A stretch of DNA of 42,747 nucleotides from an uncultured Gammaproteobacteria bacterium (GTDB lineage Bacteria > Patescibacteriota > Microgenomatia > UBA1406 > GWC2-37-13): NCBI GenBank assembly GCA_964458735.1, contig CAYWJV010000002.1, forward strand, positions 1 to 42,747. Direction: 5' to 3'. The notes beneath the pieces were generated by a model. The model was not told the DNA's origin and ran no database searches. It saw only the letters and a list, made by a program, of their open reading frames with translations. Below, one piece after another: positions 10,031 through 18,928 of this stretch (positions are counted from its first letter, which is position 1; each line of letters begins with the position of its first letter). A program made the translations under genes and the position numbers.

Positions 10031-10510
10031 ATGAGAAAAAAGGCACTAATTGTTAGATATAAGGAAATTCAAGAGGCGGAAATTTTTTTTGAAAACAAAA
10101 AAACGGTTTTAGTCGGCGGATGTTTTGATTTGATCCATTTTGGCCATTTGAAGTTTCTTGAAAAGGCCAAAGAGCAAGGTGATTTTTTAATTGTTGCTTT
10201 AGAGTCGGATGAGTTTATCAAAAAATATAAAAAAAAACTACCGGTTCATCGGCAATTAGAAAGAGCCGAGATTTTATCTAACTTAAACATGATTGATTTG
10301 ATTATTCTTCTCCCCTTGTTTGAGACAAATAATGATTATTTTGATCTGGTAAAAAAAATTTCTCCGCGTATAATTGCGGTTACTGTTGGTGACCAACAAT
10401 TAAAAAATAAAAAGAAACAGGCCTTGGAAGTTGGCGCTGAAGTTAGAGAGGTTGTCACTAACTTAAAAAATTTTTCTACAAGAAATATTGCCAAGGTTTT
10501 TAATTTATAA
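10031..10510 (+). CDS. Cytidylyltransferase-like nucleotidyltransferase (TagD/RfaE-II/RibL family)
   Basis: GGCFDLIHFGH (HxGH), LIVALESD, ERAEIL, FSTR. Confidence 0.88.
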   Translation: MRKKALIVRYKEIQEAEIFFENKKTVLVGGCFDLIHFGHLKFLEKAKEQGDFLIVALESDEFIKKYKKKLPVHRQLERAEILSNLNMIDLIILLPLFETNNDYFDLVKKISPRIIAVTVGDQQLKNKKKQALEVGAEVREVVTNLKNFSTRNIAKVFNL

Positions 10511-10520
10511 AAAATAAAAT

Positions 10521-11030
10521 ATGAAATTATTGTTGATGATTGAATTATCAGATAAAACAAAAAAAGAAATCACTGATCAACTATCAGATTTAAAAAAAAC
10601 CTATCCTCAGTTTCAGTGGGAACCGGTTGAAAATTATAATATCTTAGTCCATTCATTCGGGGAATTTTCTGACCCCAAAGCGACTATTAGTAAATTGGAA
10701 ATAGCTTTATTTGATAAAAAAATATTTTATTTTTATGCATACGAAGTTAATTTAAAAATTCAAAATAAAATTACTTTATACCTTGATTTTAGAAGGGAAA
10801 AGAAAGTGGAAAGAATCAGTAAAAGCATTAAAGAAGAATTCCAAATAGTTCAAGGCTCAGAAAAATACGTACCACGTTTAATCCTCGCTAATTATAAAAT
10901 CCCTTCAAAACAGCAGTATTTTGTCATTAAAAAACGCCTAGCAAATTTGGAAATTGACCTTTCTTTTAAAATAAATAAATTAAGTTTGTTTGAGGGTAAT
11001 AAAAAAATTTATATGTTTAAACTGCTTTAA
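10521..11030 (+). CDS. 2H phosphoesterase-fold (ThpR/LigT-like) protein lacking the catalytic histidines
   Basis: M.L.L.IEL start, W.PVENYNIL..FGE and YVPRLILA at the positions of the two HxT motifs. Confidence 0.6.
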   Translation: MKLLLMIELSDKTKKEITDQLSDLKKTYPQFQWEPVENYNILVHSFGEFSDPKATISKLEIALFDKKIFYFYAYEVNLKIQNKITLYLDFRREKKVERISKSIKEEFQIVQGSEKYVPRLILANYKIPSKQQYFVIKKRLANLEIDLSFKINKLSLFEGNKKIYMFKLL

Positions 11031-11062
11031 CCCGCCTTTGTTAAAACTACGACGAGGCGAAG

Positions 11063-11089
11063 AAAAACCCCGCCACATAGGGCGGGGTT
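11063..11089 (-). terminator. Intrinsic terminator between convergent genes
   Basis: Stem AACCCCGCC/GGCGGGGTT; the A-run at 11063-11067 gives a U-tract on the minus strand. Confidence 0.8.
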
Positions 11090-11114
11090 ATACATACCTT
11101 ATTTAAATAAAATA

Positions 11115-11258
11115 TTATGCTGAACCAATTCTATACATACCAGTGCCGCAGACTGGGCATTTGCCTTTCATCGCTGGTTTACCATTTTTCATGGTGACTT
11201 TTTCCGGATTAGCTACATCTCTTTTAGTTCGGCATTTGACGCAATACATTGATACCAT
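11115..11258 (-). CDS. 47-aa Zn-ribbon protein (DUF5679-like), absent from the ORF track
   Basis: Manual translation MVSMYCVKCRTKRDVANPEKVTMKNGKPAMKGKCPVCGTGMYRIGSA; strong SD AAAGGGGGTGAA at 11278-11267; terminator downstream. Confidence 0.9.
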   Translation of the reverse strand: MVSMYCVKCRTKRDVANPEKVTMKNGKPAMKGKCPVCGTGMYRIGSA

Positions 11259-11320
11259 ATTTTTAATTCACCCCCTTTGTAAAAAAATTCTAAATTATAA
11301 ATTTCAAGTTCCAAACAAAC

Positions 11321-11406
11321 TTGTCATCCCCTCCCCCGACGAAACTCGGGGGCAGGCTCCGGAGGGGATCCAGACGGATGGATTCCCACCTTCGCGGGAA
11401 TGACAA
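11321..11406. repeat. REP/MITE-like palindromic element containing ATTCCC-N8-GGGAAT, flanked by heptamer repeats
   Basis: Ends TTGTCAT...ATGACAA; ATTCCCACCTTCGCGGGAAT at 11382-11401; GC-rich within an AT-rich spacer. Confidence 0.8.
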
Positions 11407-11465
11407 CTAATTAGAATTTAAAATTTAATATTTATTTGTGATTTGTAATTTAGTATTTAGAATTT

Positions 11466-11723
11466 CTATCTAATCAGCTTAGCAAAATACAAAGAAATTT
11501 CAAGACCAATAATCAAAGTGATTAAAATTAAACTTTTTTTCAGGTCGGAAAAAAAATATTGATTTAAGGGTGAAATTTCTATTTCTTGGTTTGCAGTAGG
11601 CTTTGGTATGGGAGACGGAGACATCAATGGAGTTGCAAAAGTATCCGCGTGTCTATTTTCCAATAAACGAATTTTTCTGTGATAAAGAGCCAATAACTTT
11701 TCTTTCTTCGTCTTTTTAGGCAT
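11466..11723 (-). CDS. Small membrane protein, hypothetical
   Basis: 85 aa, basic N-terminus, Pro-rich linker, C-terminal TM helix. Confidence 0.75.
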   Translation of the reverse strand: MPKKTKKEKLLALYHRKIRLLENRHADTFATPLMSPSPIPKPTANQEIEISPLNQYFFSDLKKSLILITLIIGLEISLYFAKLIR

Positions 11724-11799
11724 ACGTCATACACGATAGCATATCAAAAATCAAAAATCAACCATGAACTAGAATATAAATAAATACAAATAAATATGA

Positions 11800-11828
11800 T
11801 TGACAGTTTTTGTACAAAACTATAGAAT
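11800..11828 (+). promoter_or_regulatory. Sigma70-type promoter TTGACA-N17-TAGAAT
   Basis: -35 at 11800-11805, -10 at 11823-11828, ATG at 11836. Confidence 0.75.
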
Positions 11829-11835
11829 GTACTTG

Positions 11836-12282
11836 ATGGTATTATATATAATCGGAGTCATTTTTTTTATTTGGCTGGTTTTTTTGACGGGGATAGTTTT
11901 AAAGACAAAAGCCCACTATAATAATTTGATTTCTAAGACAAGAAAACAGAAGATTGATGAAATTTTGGATGAATTATTGATGATTGAAAGACAAACAAAA
12001 GAAGAATTAGAAATAGTCAAAAAAGAATTGCGTAAAGAGATAAAAACATCAACTCTTCATATTCAAAAGGTTGGCTTAGTTAGATTTAATCCTTTTGAAA
12101 GGACGGGTGGAGAAAAAAGTTTTGTTATCTCTTTTTTAAACCATGAAAATAGTGGTATAGTTATAAATTTCATACATACTCGTGACGGTTTAAGAGTTTA
12201 TAGTAAAAAAGTTAAAGACGGGAAGGGTGAAGAGTATAGTTTATCCGAAGAAGAAGAAAAAGCCATCGAGAACAGCAATTAA
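11836..12282 (+). CDS. DUF4446-family membrane-anchored protein
   Basis: N-terminal TM; QKVGLVRFNPF..TGGEKSF, RVYSK, LSEEE; start moved to 11836 because the TTG at 11800 is a -35 box. Confidence 0.8.
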   Translation: MVLYIIGVIFFIWLVFLTGIVLKTKAHYNNLISKTRKQKIDEILDELLMIERQTKEELEIVKKELRKEIKTSTLHIQKVGLVRFNPFERTGGEKSFVISFLNHENSGIVINFIHTRDGLRVYSKKVKDGKGEEYSLSEEEEKAIENSN

Positions 12283-12300
12283 AAATTGTCCAAAATCTTT

Positions 12301-13467
12301 ATGATCAATAAAAAAATAGCCTACCTGATTGTTTTTGTTTTATTTGTTTTTTCGACGATGACTACTTATTCTTTTTTTTCGACTGAAAATGGTCAATTTT
12401 TTTTGTCACCAATTAGTTATCAAGCTCCTAAGTCGGAAAATGGAATAAGTGAAACGATCGCCGTTAGTGAACCAAGAACCGAAGAATGTCCTTTAAATGG
12501 TCAACTTTTAAGCAGAACTCAAAAAAATACTTGGGAAAGTCGTCGTCCTTTAGGCATTATGATTGAAAATCATAAAGAGGCCAGACCGCAATCAGGTTTA
12601 TCCTCGGCTGACGTTGTTTATGAAGCAGTGGCTGAAGGAGGAATAACCAGATTTTTAGCAATATTCTACTGTCAAGATGCCCCGTACGTGGGTCCGGTCC
12701 GATCAGCTCGCATCTACTTTTTAAAGTTTCTTGAAGGTTATGGGAAAAATCCTCTTTATGCTCATGTGGGCGGAGCTAATACGCCCGGGCCGGCCGATGC
12801 TCTGGGTTATATTAAAAAACTGGATTGGTCGTCTTTCAATGACTTGAATCAATTTTCGGTTCCTTTTCCTTATTTCTGGCGCGATTATGAGAGATTGAAA
12901 AATGTAGCAACCGAACACACAGTTTATACTTCAACGAAAAAACTTTGGCAGTACGCAAAAGATAAAAGAAATTTAACTAATATTGATAATCAAGGAGTAA
13001 GATGGGAAAAAAGTTTTTCTGCCTGGAAATTTGAAGATGATGCTGCCCAAGCTGATCGAGGGACGGTCAATAAAATAGATTTTGGTTTTTGGGACAATTT
13101 AGCCAGCGATTTCAGCGTTGTTTGGAGTTATGACAACAAGACAAATAGTTACAAAAGAACTAATGGAGGCGTTCCACATCTTGATAAAAACAGCGGAAAA
13201 ATATTGGAAACTAAAAACGTTGTGGTGATGTTTACCAAGGAATCACCGGCCAATGATGGTTATGAAGGCGGGCATATACTTTATAAAAATGTTGGGACTG
13301 GGGAAATGTTATTTTTTAAGAATGGCCAGGTAGTCAAAGGAACTTGGAGTCGTGATAAAGAAGAGGATCAGGTTAAATTTTTTGATAATAATGGTAAAGA
13401 AATTTCTATAGTTAGAGGTCAGGTGTTTATTGAGATGTTGCCGATTGGGAATAAAGTGAATTATTAA
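12301..13467 (+). CDS. DUF3048-domain (YerB-like) exported protein
   Basis: RPLGIMIENH..ARPQSGLSSADVVYEAVAEGGITRF, GPVRSAR; N-terminal TM. Confidence 0.85.
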   Translation: MINKKIAYLIVFVLFVFSTMTTYSFFSTENGQFFLSPISYQAPKSENGISETIAVSEPRTEECPLNGQLLSRTQKNTWESRRPLGIMIENHKEARPQSGLSSADVVYEAVAEGGITRFLAIFYCQDAPYVGPVRSARIYFLKFLEGYGKNPLYAHVGGANTPGPADALGYIKKLDWSSFNDLNQFSVPFPYFWRDYERLKNVATEHTVYTSTKKLWQYAKDKRNLTNIDNQGVRWEKSFSAWKFEDDAAQADRGTVNKIDFGFWDNLASDFSVVWSYDNKTNSYKRTNGGVPHLDKNSGKILETKNVVVMFTKESPANDGYEGGHILYKNVGTGEMLFFKNGQVVKGTWSRDKEEDQVKFFDNNGKEISIVRGQVFIEMLPIGNKVNY

Positions 13468-13468
13468 T

Positions 13469-14044
13469 ATGTTACAGCACATAATACCGTCTAAAGCGCG
13501 AAGAAAGATTCTTGAGTTTTTTTTTCATCACCATGGCGAGAACTATTACCTGCGCCGGGTGGTTCGAGAAGTAGATGAAGAGGTTAATGCCGTTAAAAGA
13601 GAGCTAGATATTTTGACTGAGGAAAAACTGCTACTGAGAGAACGGCGTCTCAATAAAGTTTACTTTACTTTAAATAAGAGCTATCAATTGTATGATGAAT
13701 TTATGAGAATTTTTGCTAAAACTAGTTCACTGGCGATTGCAATTCATAATAATTTATCAAAGATCGGGAAAATAAAGTTTGTGGCGGTTTCTACCAAGTT
13801 TCCAAAGAACTTGATTATTAAAGATGATGAAATTTATCTTCTACTGGTTGGAATAATCGTTGTTGCTGAGATTGAAGCTTTAATCAAAGAAGTGGAAAAG
13901 AATTTTGGTCGATCAATTAACTACTCGGCGATGACTGAAGATGAATTTATTTTTAGAAAAAAGAATAATGATCCTTTTATCTGGCGATTTTTAAAACAAC
14001 CAAAAATTATGTTAGTTGGGGTAGAAGAAGAGCTATTAAAATGA
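13469..14044 (+). CDS. Winged-HTH protein with a degenerate nucleotidyltransferase-like C-terminal domain
   Basis: SKARRKIL..FF, YLRRVVR....EVNAVKREL..L; C-terminal EIYLLLVG...RSINY. Confidence 0.65.
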   Translation: MLQHIIPSKARRKILEFFFHHHGENYYLRRVVREVDEEVNAVKRELDILTEEKLLLRERRLNKVYFTLNKSYQLYDEFMRIFAKTSSLAIAIHNNLSKIGKIKFVAVSTKFPKNLIIKDDEIYLLLVGIIVVAEIEALIKEVEKNFGRSINYSAMTEDEFIFRKKNNDPFIWRFLKQPKIMLVGVEEELLK

Positions 14045-15354
14045 AATTAATTAAAACAATTTTTATCACGGTTATTTTATTGGGATTAATCTGGGTTGAC
14101 TTACCTTACAATATTAAAACAAAATACGAACTACCGAGTAAAATTGATGTTAATATTTTTGGATTGAATATTAAAAAAGAGTTTAATACAAAGTTAGGTC
14201 TAGATCTGAAGGGTGGAAGTAACTTGATATTTGAAGCTGATACCTCAAAAGTAAGACGAGAAGATTTGACTGATGCGTTAAACTCTGCCCGTGATGTGAT
14301 TGAGAGACGGGTTAATTTTTTTGGTGTGACTGAGCCACAGATACAGACAATCAAATCTGGAAATGTTTATCGATTGAGTGTTGATCTTCCCGGAATCAGC
14401 AACTATGAAGAAGCGATTAAACTAATTGGGCAAACAGCGCAACTAACATTTAAAGAGTTACCTGATGGAAAAATTGCCACAACAACCCCAATTTTTGTAC
14501 AACTAACCAAAAATACTGGACTATCGGGAACCCATATACTTAAATCTACGATTGAGTTTGATAGTCAAACAGGTAAACCTCAGGTGGGGTTAAAATTTAA
14601 TAAAAAAGGAACTGATTTATTTGCGGCAATTACAAAAAGAAATATCGGGAAACCGGTTGGAATATTTATAGATAATATGCCTTTAACGACGCCGACAGTA
14701 CAAACTGAAATACTAGATGGCAGTGCCGTAATTACTGGTACTTTTACGACTGATGAGGCAAAAAAATTAACAATTGCCATTAATTCCGGAGCGTTGCCTT
14801 TACCGATTAAATTGGTTGAGCAAAAAAATATCGGTCCAACTTTGGGAGATATTGAAGTAAAAAAAAGCGTTTATGCAGGAACGGTTGGTCTAATCATGGT
14901 TTTGCTTTTTATGATTATCTGTTATGGTCGACTGGGTTTGATTGCTTCGTTAGCTTTAATTATTTATGGTCTGATTTCTTTATTTATCTTTAAAGCGATT
15001 CCGGTAGTTTTAACTCTTCCTGGCATTGCCGGATTTATTTTATCAATAGGTATGGCGGTAGATTCTAATATTTTGATTTTTGAAAGAATTAAAGAGGAAC
15101 AGAGAAAGGATAAAAGTTTTGATATCGCGGTTAGATTGGGTTTTGGCCATGCAATTGATGCGATAAAAGATGCTAATATTACGACTTTAATCGTGGCATT
15201 TATTCTTTTTAATCCGTTAAACTGGGAATTCTTGCCGCAGTTTGGAATAGTGAGAGGATTTGCTTTAACATTGGCAATTGGCGTCGCCACTAGTTTATTT
15301 ACAGGTGTGGTGATAACAAAAAGATTAATAACAATGTTTTATAAAGTTAAATAA
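14041..15354 (+). CDS. secD: Protein translocase subunit SecD
   Basis: LGLDLKGG, IERRVN.FGVTEP, SGALP, IGPTLG, GMAVDSNILIFERIKEE. Confidence 0.97.
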   Translation: MKLIKTIFITVILLGLIWVDLPYNIKTKYELPSKIDVNIFGLNIKKEFNTKLGLDLKGGSNLIFEADTSKVRREDLTDALNSARDVIERRVNFFGVTEPQIQTIKSGNVYRLSVDLPGISNYEEAIKLIGQTAQLTFKELPDGKIATTTPIFVQLTKNTGLSGTHILKSTIEFDSQTGKPQVGLKFNKKGTDLFAAITKRNIGKPVGIFIDNMPLTTPTVQTEILDGSAVITGTFTTDEAKKLTIAINSGALPLPIKLVEQKNIGPTLGDIEVKKSVYAGTVGLIMVLLFMIICYGRLGLIASLALIIYGLISLFIFKAIPVVLTLPGIAGFILSIGMAVDSNILIFERIKEEQRKDKSFDIAVRLGFGHAIDAIKDANITTLIVAFILFNPLNWEFLPQFGIVRGFALTLAIGVATSLFTGVVITKRLITMFYKVK

Positions 15355-15356
15355 CT

Positions 15357-16226
15357 ATGATTAACTTTCTGAAATTCCGTTGGTTATATTTCCTTGTTTC
15401 AACTGTTGTCATTGGAGCGGGACTATTTTCTATAGTTAAGTGGGGTTTTCGTTATTCGATTGACTTTACCGGCGGGAGTAATTTTGAGTTTCAAACAAAT
15501 AAAGTGATTAAAAAAAATCAACTGCTTAAAGTATTAGATCAAAATAAAATATCAATTGTGAGTTTAAAACTGGTAAATAAAAATATTCTTTTAAGAACAA
15601 AAGTATTGGATCAAAAGAAAGAATCATTGTTTAAAAAAGATTTAGAAACAAAATTAAAAATTAAGATTACGGTTTTGCGCTCAGAAACAGTCGGCCCGAT
15701 TTTAGGGAAAGAGGCAGTCGGTAAAACTTTGACTGCTTCGATACTGGCAATAATCGGTATTTTAATCTATATGAGTTTTGCTTTCAAAGGTTTCAACTTT
15801 GCTTTTGCGGCAGTTCTGGCGATATTTCACGATCTAATTGTTGTTATCGGCACTTATTCCTTACTATCTCATTTTTTTGGAGCAGAAATTGACACAATGT
15901 TTATTACAGCAGTTTTAACAACGATGTCTTTTTCCGTTCATGATACGATTGTTATTTTTGATAAAATTCGTGAATATCACACTGAGCAAGAAACTTTAGA
16001 AATTGAATCGGCCTCCAATCAAGCACTGACTGAAACAATGATTCGTTCTCTCAATAATTCGATGACAATTGTTTTCATGCTTTTGGCTTTGACTATGATG
16101 GGCGGATCAACGATTAGATTTTTTATCTTAACTTTACTAATTGGCACGATTACCGGTACTTATTCTTCGCCGTTTGTAGCCACTCCAATTCTTGTCTGGT
16201 TAGAAAAAATGAAAAAGCAAAAATAA
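15357..16226 (+). CDS. secF: Protein translocase subunit SecF
   Basis: SIDFTGG, VGPILG, FHD, SVHDTIVIFDKIRE, GTYSS. Confidence 0.97.
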   Translation: MINFLKFRWLYFLVSTVVIGAGLFSIVKWGFRYSIDFTGGSNFEFQTNKVIKKNQLLKVLDQNKISIVSLKLVNKNILLRTKVLDQKKESLFKKDLETKLKIKITVLRSETVGPILGKEAVGKTLTASILAIIGILIYMSFAFKGFNFAFAAVLAIFHDLIVVIGTYSLLSHFFGAEIDTMFITAVLTTMSFSVHDTIVIFDKIREYHTEQETLEIESASNQALTETMIRSLNNSMTIVFMLLALTMMGGSTIRFFILTLLIGTITGTYSSPFVATPILVWLEKMKKQK

Positions 16227-16249
16227 TTTTTTGTTATTAAAAATCACTA

Positions 16250-16279
16250 TTGACATCTTCGTAATTCTTTCGGTATTAT
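16250..16279 (+). promoter_or_regulatory. Promoter of the lexA fusion with a candidate operator (TTCG-N7-TTCG)
   Basis: TTGACA at 16250-16255, TATTAT at 16274-16279; TTCG at 16258 and 16269 lie between the boxes. Confidence 0.55.
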
Positions 16280-16286
16280 ATTATTA

Positions 16287-18170
16287 ATGAGAAAAGTAAT
16301 TCGATATTTAACACCAAAACAGAAAAAAATGCTTGATTTTATTTCTAACTACTTGAAAAATAAAGGTTATTCCCCTTCTTATAAAGAAATTCAACAACAT
16401 TTTAAATTAAAATCTTTGTCAACAATTCATCAATATTTAGAAACTTTAAAAAATAAAGGATACGTAAAAAAAGAAAATAATATGCCAAGAACTTTAAATA
16501 TTCTTAAAGAAATAAATAACAACATCGAAATTCCACTCCTTGGTTATATTACAGCCGGAGAACCAATAGAGGCTATTGAAAATCCTGAAACATTATTGGT
16601 AAGCAAACAATTACTTTCACAATCAGGAAAACATTATGCTTTAAAAGTAAAAGGCACGAGTATGATTGATGATGGGATATTTGATGGAGATACTGTAATA
16701 ATAAAAGAGCAAAAAACTGCAGTTAATGGAGATACTGTAGTGGCTATTATTAATAAAAATGAAGCAACTCTAAAAAAAATATATAAAGAAAAAAATCGTA
16801 TAAGACTTCAACCAGCCAATCAATCCTTTTTACCTATTTTTACCGATGAAGTTGAAATTAGGGGAAAAGTTATTAGTATTATTAGAAATATTGAAAATAA
16901 AAAGAAAGAAGAGAATATTAATTCTTTACCACAAATAAATAATGATTTTATTAAACTTCCTACCAACACTGAACCCTTAATGCTTATAGGAAACGTATTT
17001 AAAGCTTTAAAAAAAATTCCTGATAATAGCATTGATGTAATAATCACTTCTCCACCATATTTTCAACAAAGACAATATGGAGATAAAAATGAAATCGGTC
17101 GGGAAAAAACACCAGAAGAATATATTAATAAAATGTTAGAAGTTGCCAATGAACTGAGTCGAGTTTTAAAAAATTCTGGCTCATATTTCTTAAATATTGG
17201 AGATAAATATATAGACAAAAATCAACAATTAATTCCATTCAAACTTGCCTCTGAAATGCAAAAGAGCGGTTGGTTATTAAGAAATGTTATTGTTTGGTTT
17301 AAATCACCAAATCCTATGCCAACATCAGTTAAAGATAGATTTAATGATATTTGGGAACCAATTTTTTTCTTCATCAAAGATAGTAATAAATATTTTACCT
17401 ACGATTATTACTTTAATCTTGACTCTGTAAGAACTCCTCATAAAACTAGATTTGAGACGAACCTGCCTTTATATTTGTCTGAAGAAGAATATATAAAAAT
17501 GAAAGATAAGCTTACAATTATTAATTCACATTCATCAAATAGCAAATTTATAGGGAATGAAAAAAATCGTGGAGCTTCACCTGGTGCGAGAAAGATATTA
17601 TATGGAGAATACTACACAAAACAGAGAAAGGCCAAAATCAGTTCTTCACTTGAAAAAGGAATAATACAATATTTAAGAACATGGCGAAGCATAAAAGATA
17701 TTACACCAAAAGAATTAGATAAAATTATGAAAAAAAAAGATACTGCCGGTCATTGGTTTAGACTTGATCATGGTGGCAATTTACCTACTCCACAAGACTG
17801 GAAAGAGCTTAAAAATATTTTAAATTTTGATGATATATATGATAAATTAATGACAGAAGAACACTATGTTCTTCAAACTGTAAAAAATCATCCAAATGGA
17901 AAAAACCCTGGAAATGTATGGCAAATCGCGCCAGCAAAATTAAAAGAAGCACATTTTGCTGTATTTCCAGAAGAGCTTCCTAGAAAAATAATAGAAGCTT
18001 GTTGCCCTAGTGATGGAGTCATTCTTGATCCTTTTGCAGGTTCGGGTACGACCGGTAAAGTTGCTAAAGATCTTAATAGAAAATCTATATTAATAGATAT
18101 TAAAAGTGAATACACCGAAATAATAAAAAAGCGATGTGGTAAAATAAATGTAATTAAGATTAATCTTTAA
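16287..18170 (+). CDS. lexA: Fusion of a LexA repressor (aa 1-~201) and a beta-class N4-C/N6-A DNA methyltransferase
   Basis: LTPKQ..GYSPS..EI HTH, A90-G91 cleavage site, S125 (GTSM), K163 (ATLKK); then SPPY (255-258) and DPFAGSGTT (~581-589) in one frame. Confidence 0.93.
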   Translation: MRKVIRYLTPKQKKMLDFISNYLKNKGYSPSYKEIQQHFKLKSLSTIHQYLETLKNKGYVKKENNMPRTLNILKEINNNIEIPLLGYITAGEPIEAIENPETLLVSKQLLSQSGKHYALKVKGTSMIDDGIFDGDTVIIKEQKTAVNGDTVVAIINKNEATLKKIYKEKNRIRLQPANQSFLPIFTDEVEIRGKVISIIRNIENKKKEENINSLPQINNDFIKLPTNTEPLMLIGNVFKALKKIPDNSIDVIITSPPYFQQRQYGDKNEIGREKTPEEYINKMLEVANELSRVLKNSGSYFLNIGDKYIDKNQQLIPFKLASEMQKSGWLLRNVIVWFKSPNPMPTSVKDRFNDIWEPIFFFIKDSNKYFTYDYYFNLDSVRTPHKTRFETNLPLYLSEEEYIKMKDKLTIINSHSSNSKFIGNEKNRGASPGARKILYGEYYTKQRKAKISSSLEKGIIQYLRTWRSIKDITPKELDKIMKKKDTAGHWFRLDHGGNLPTPQDWKELKNILNFDDIYDKLMTEEHYVLQTVKNHPNGKNPGNVWQIAPAKLKEAHFAVFPEELPRKIIEACCPSDGVILDPFAGSGTTGKVAKDLNRKSILIDIKSEYTEIIKKRCGKINVIKINL

Positions 18171-18171
18171 A

Positions 18172-18891
18172 ATGGAAGAATTAAAAAAAATTGAACATAA
18201 AGAACTTCATTATTTTAATCAGATAATCTTTACTCTATTACAAGACATCCAAAAAATGATAAAGAGTCTTAATTCAAAAGATAGAATCAAAGAAGATTGG
18301 ATAGATATATTTAGAAAATCTGATAAAAAAAGACAAAACTCTGATTTTGCAAAAGGAGCAGAAAGAGTATATTCTTGGCTGTTTAATCAATTTGGAACTC
18401 CAAATTCCTCTCCTATCGGAGCTGATTTAATGTTCGAAACATATGACGCATTTGTCCATATAGACATTAAAACAGCAAAGATTAGTAATGAGTCAGATTA
18501 TAAAGGAAAAGTACCTATTGGAGAAAATCAAACAAGTTATAAATCAAATAATTTTAATTCCAATCTTCCTTTTTATTATACGATACATGAAAGAGAAAAA
18601 ATAATAAAAAAACCTTGTCTCACATATATTCTTAATGTTATCTATGATGACAAAAGTGAAAGTTTTAAAATTCTTGCCGTATTACTCATAGCGGTTCCTA
18701 ACGGTTTACTTAAAAAAATTTATAAAGAAGAAATTATTGGAGCTGGAAAAAGTAAAGGAAAATCTTTTAGATATGAATATAAAGTCTCCCCCTATTTTAA
18801 ATTAGCCAATAATAAAATTTTAAGAATAAAAGATCTTTATTTAGATAAAAAATATTTATTTAAAAATCTAACAGGTATTAATCAAAATTAA
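18172..18891 (+). CDS. Type II restriction endonuclease, BglI/SfiI-like PD-(D/E)xK
   Basis: GAERV, PIGADLMFE....VHIDIKT, NQTSY; starts 1 nt after the MTase stop. Confidence 0.75.
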   Translation: MEELKKIEHKELHYFNQIIFTLLQDIQKMIKSLNSKDRIKEDWIDIFRKSDKKRQNSDFAKGAERVYSWLFNQFGTPNSSPIGADLMFETYDAFVHIDIKTAKISNESDYKGKVPIGENQTSYKSNNFNSNLPFYYTIHEREKIIKKPCLTYILNVIYDDKSESFKILAVLLIAVPNGLLKKIYKEEIIGAGKSKGKSFRYEYKVSPYFKLANNKILRIKDLYLDKKYLFKNLTGINQN

Positions 18892-18928
18892 ATTAAGTTT
18901 TTTAATATTATTAATTAATTAAATAAAT

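Noticed and set aside
11143-11403. 86-aa plus-strand ORF
   Set aside because: Antisense shadow of the 47-aa Zn-ribbon gene, running into repeat DNA
16287-16890. Prophage CI-type repressor
   Set aside because: The N-terminus is a LexA-type winged HTH and there are no phage genes or integrase nearby
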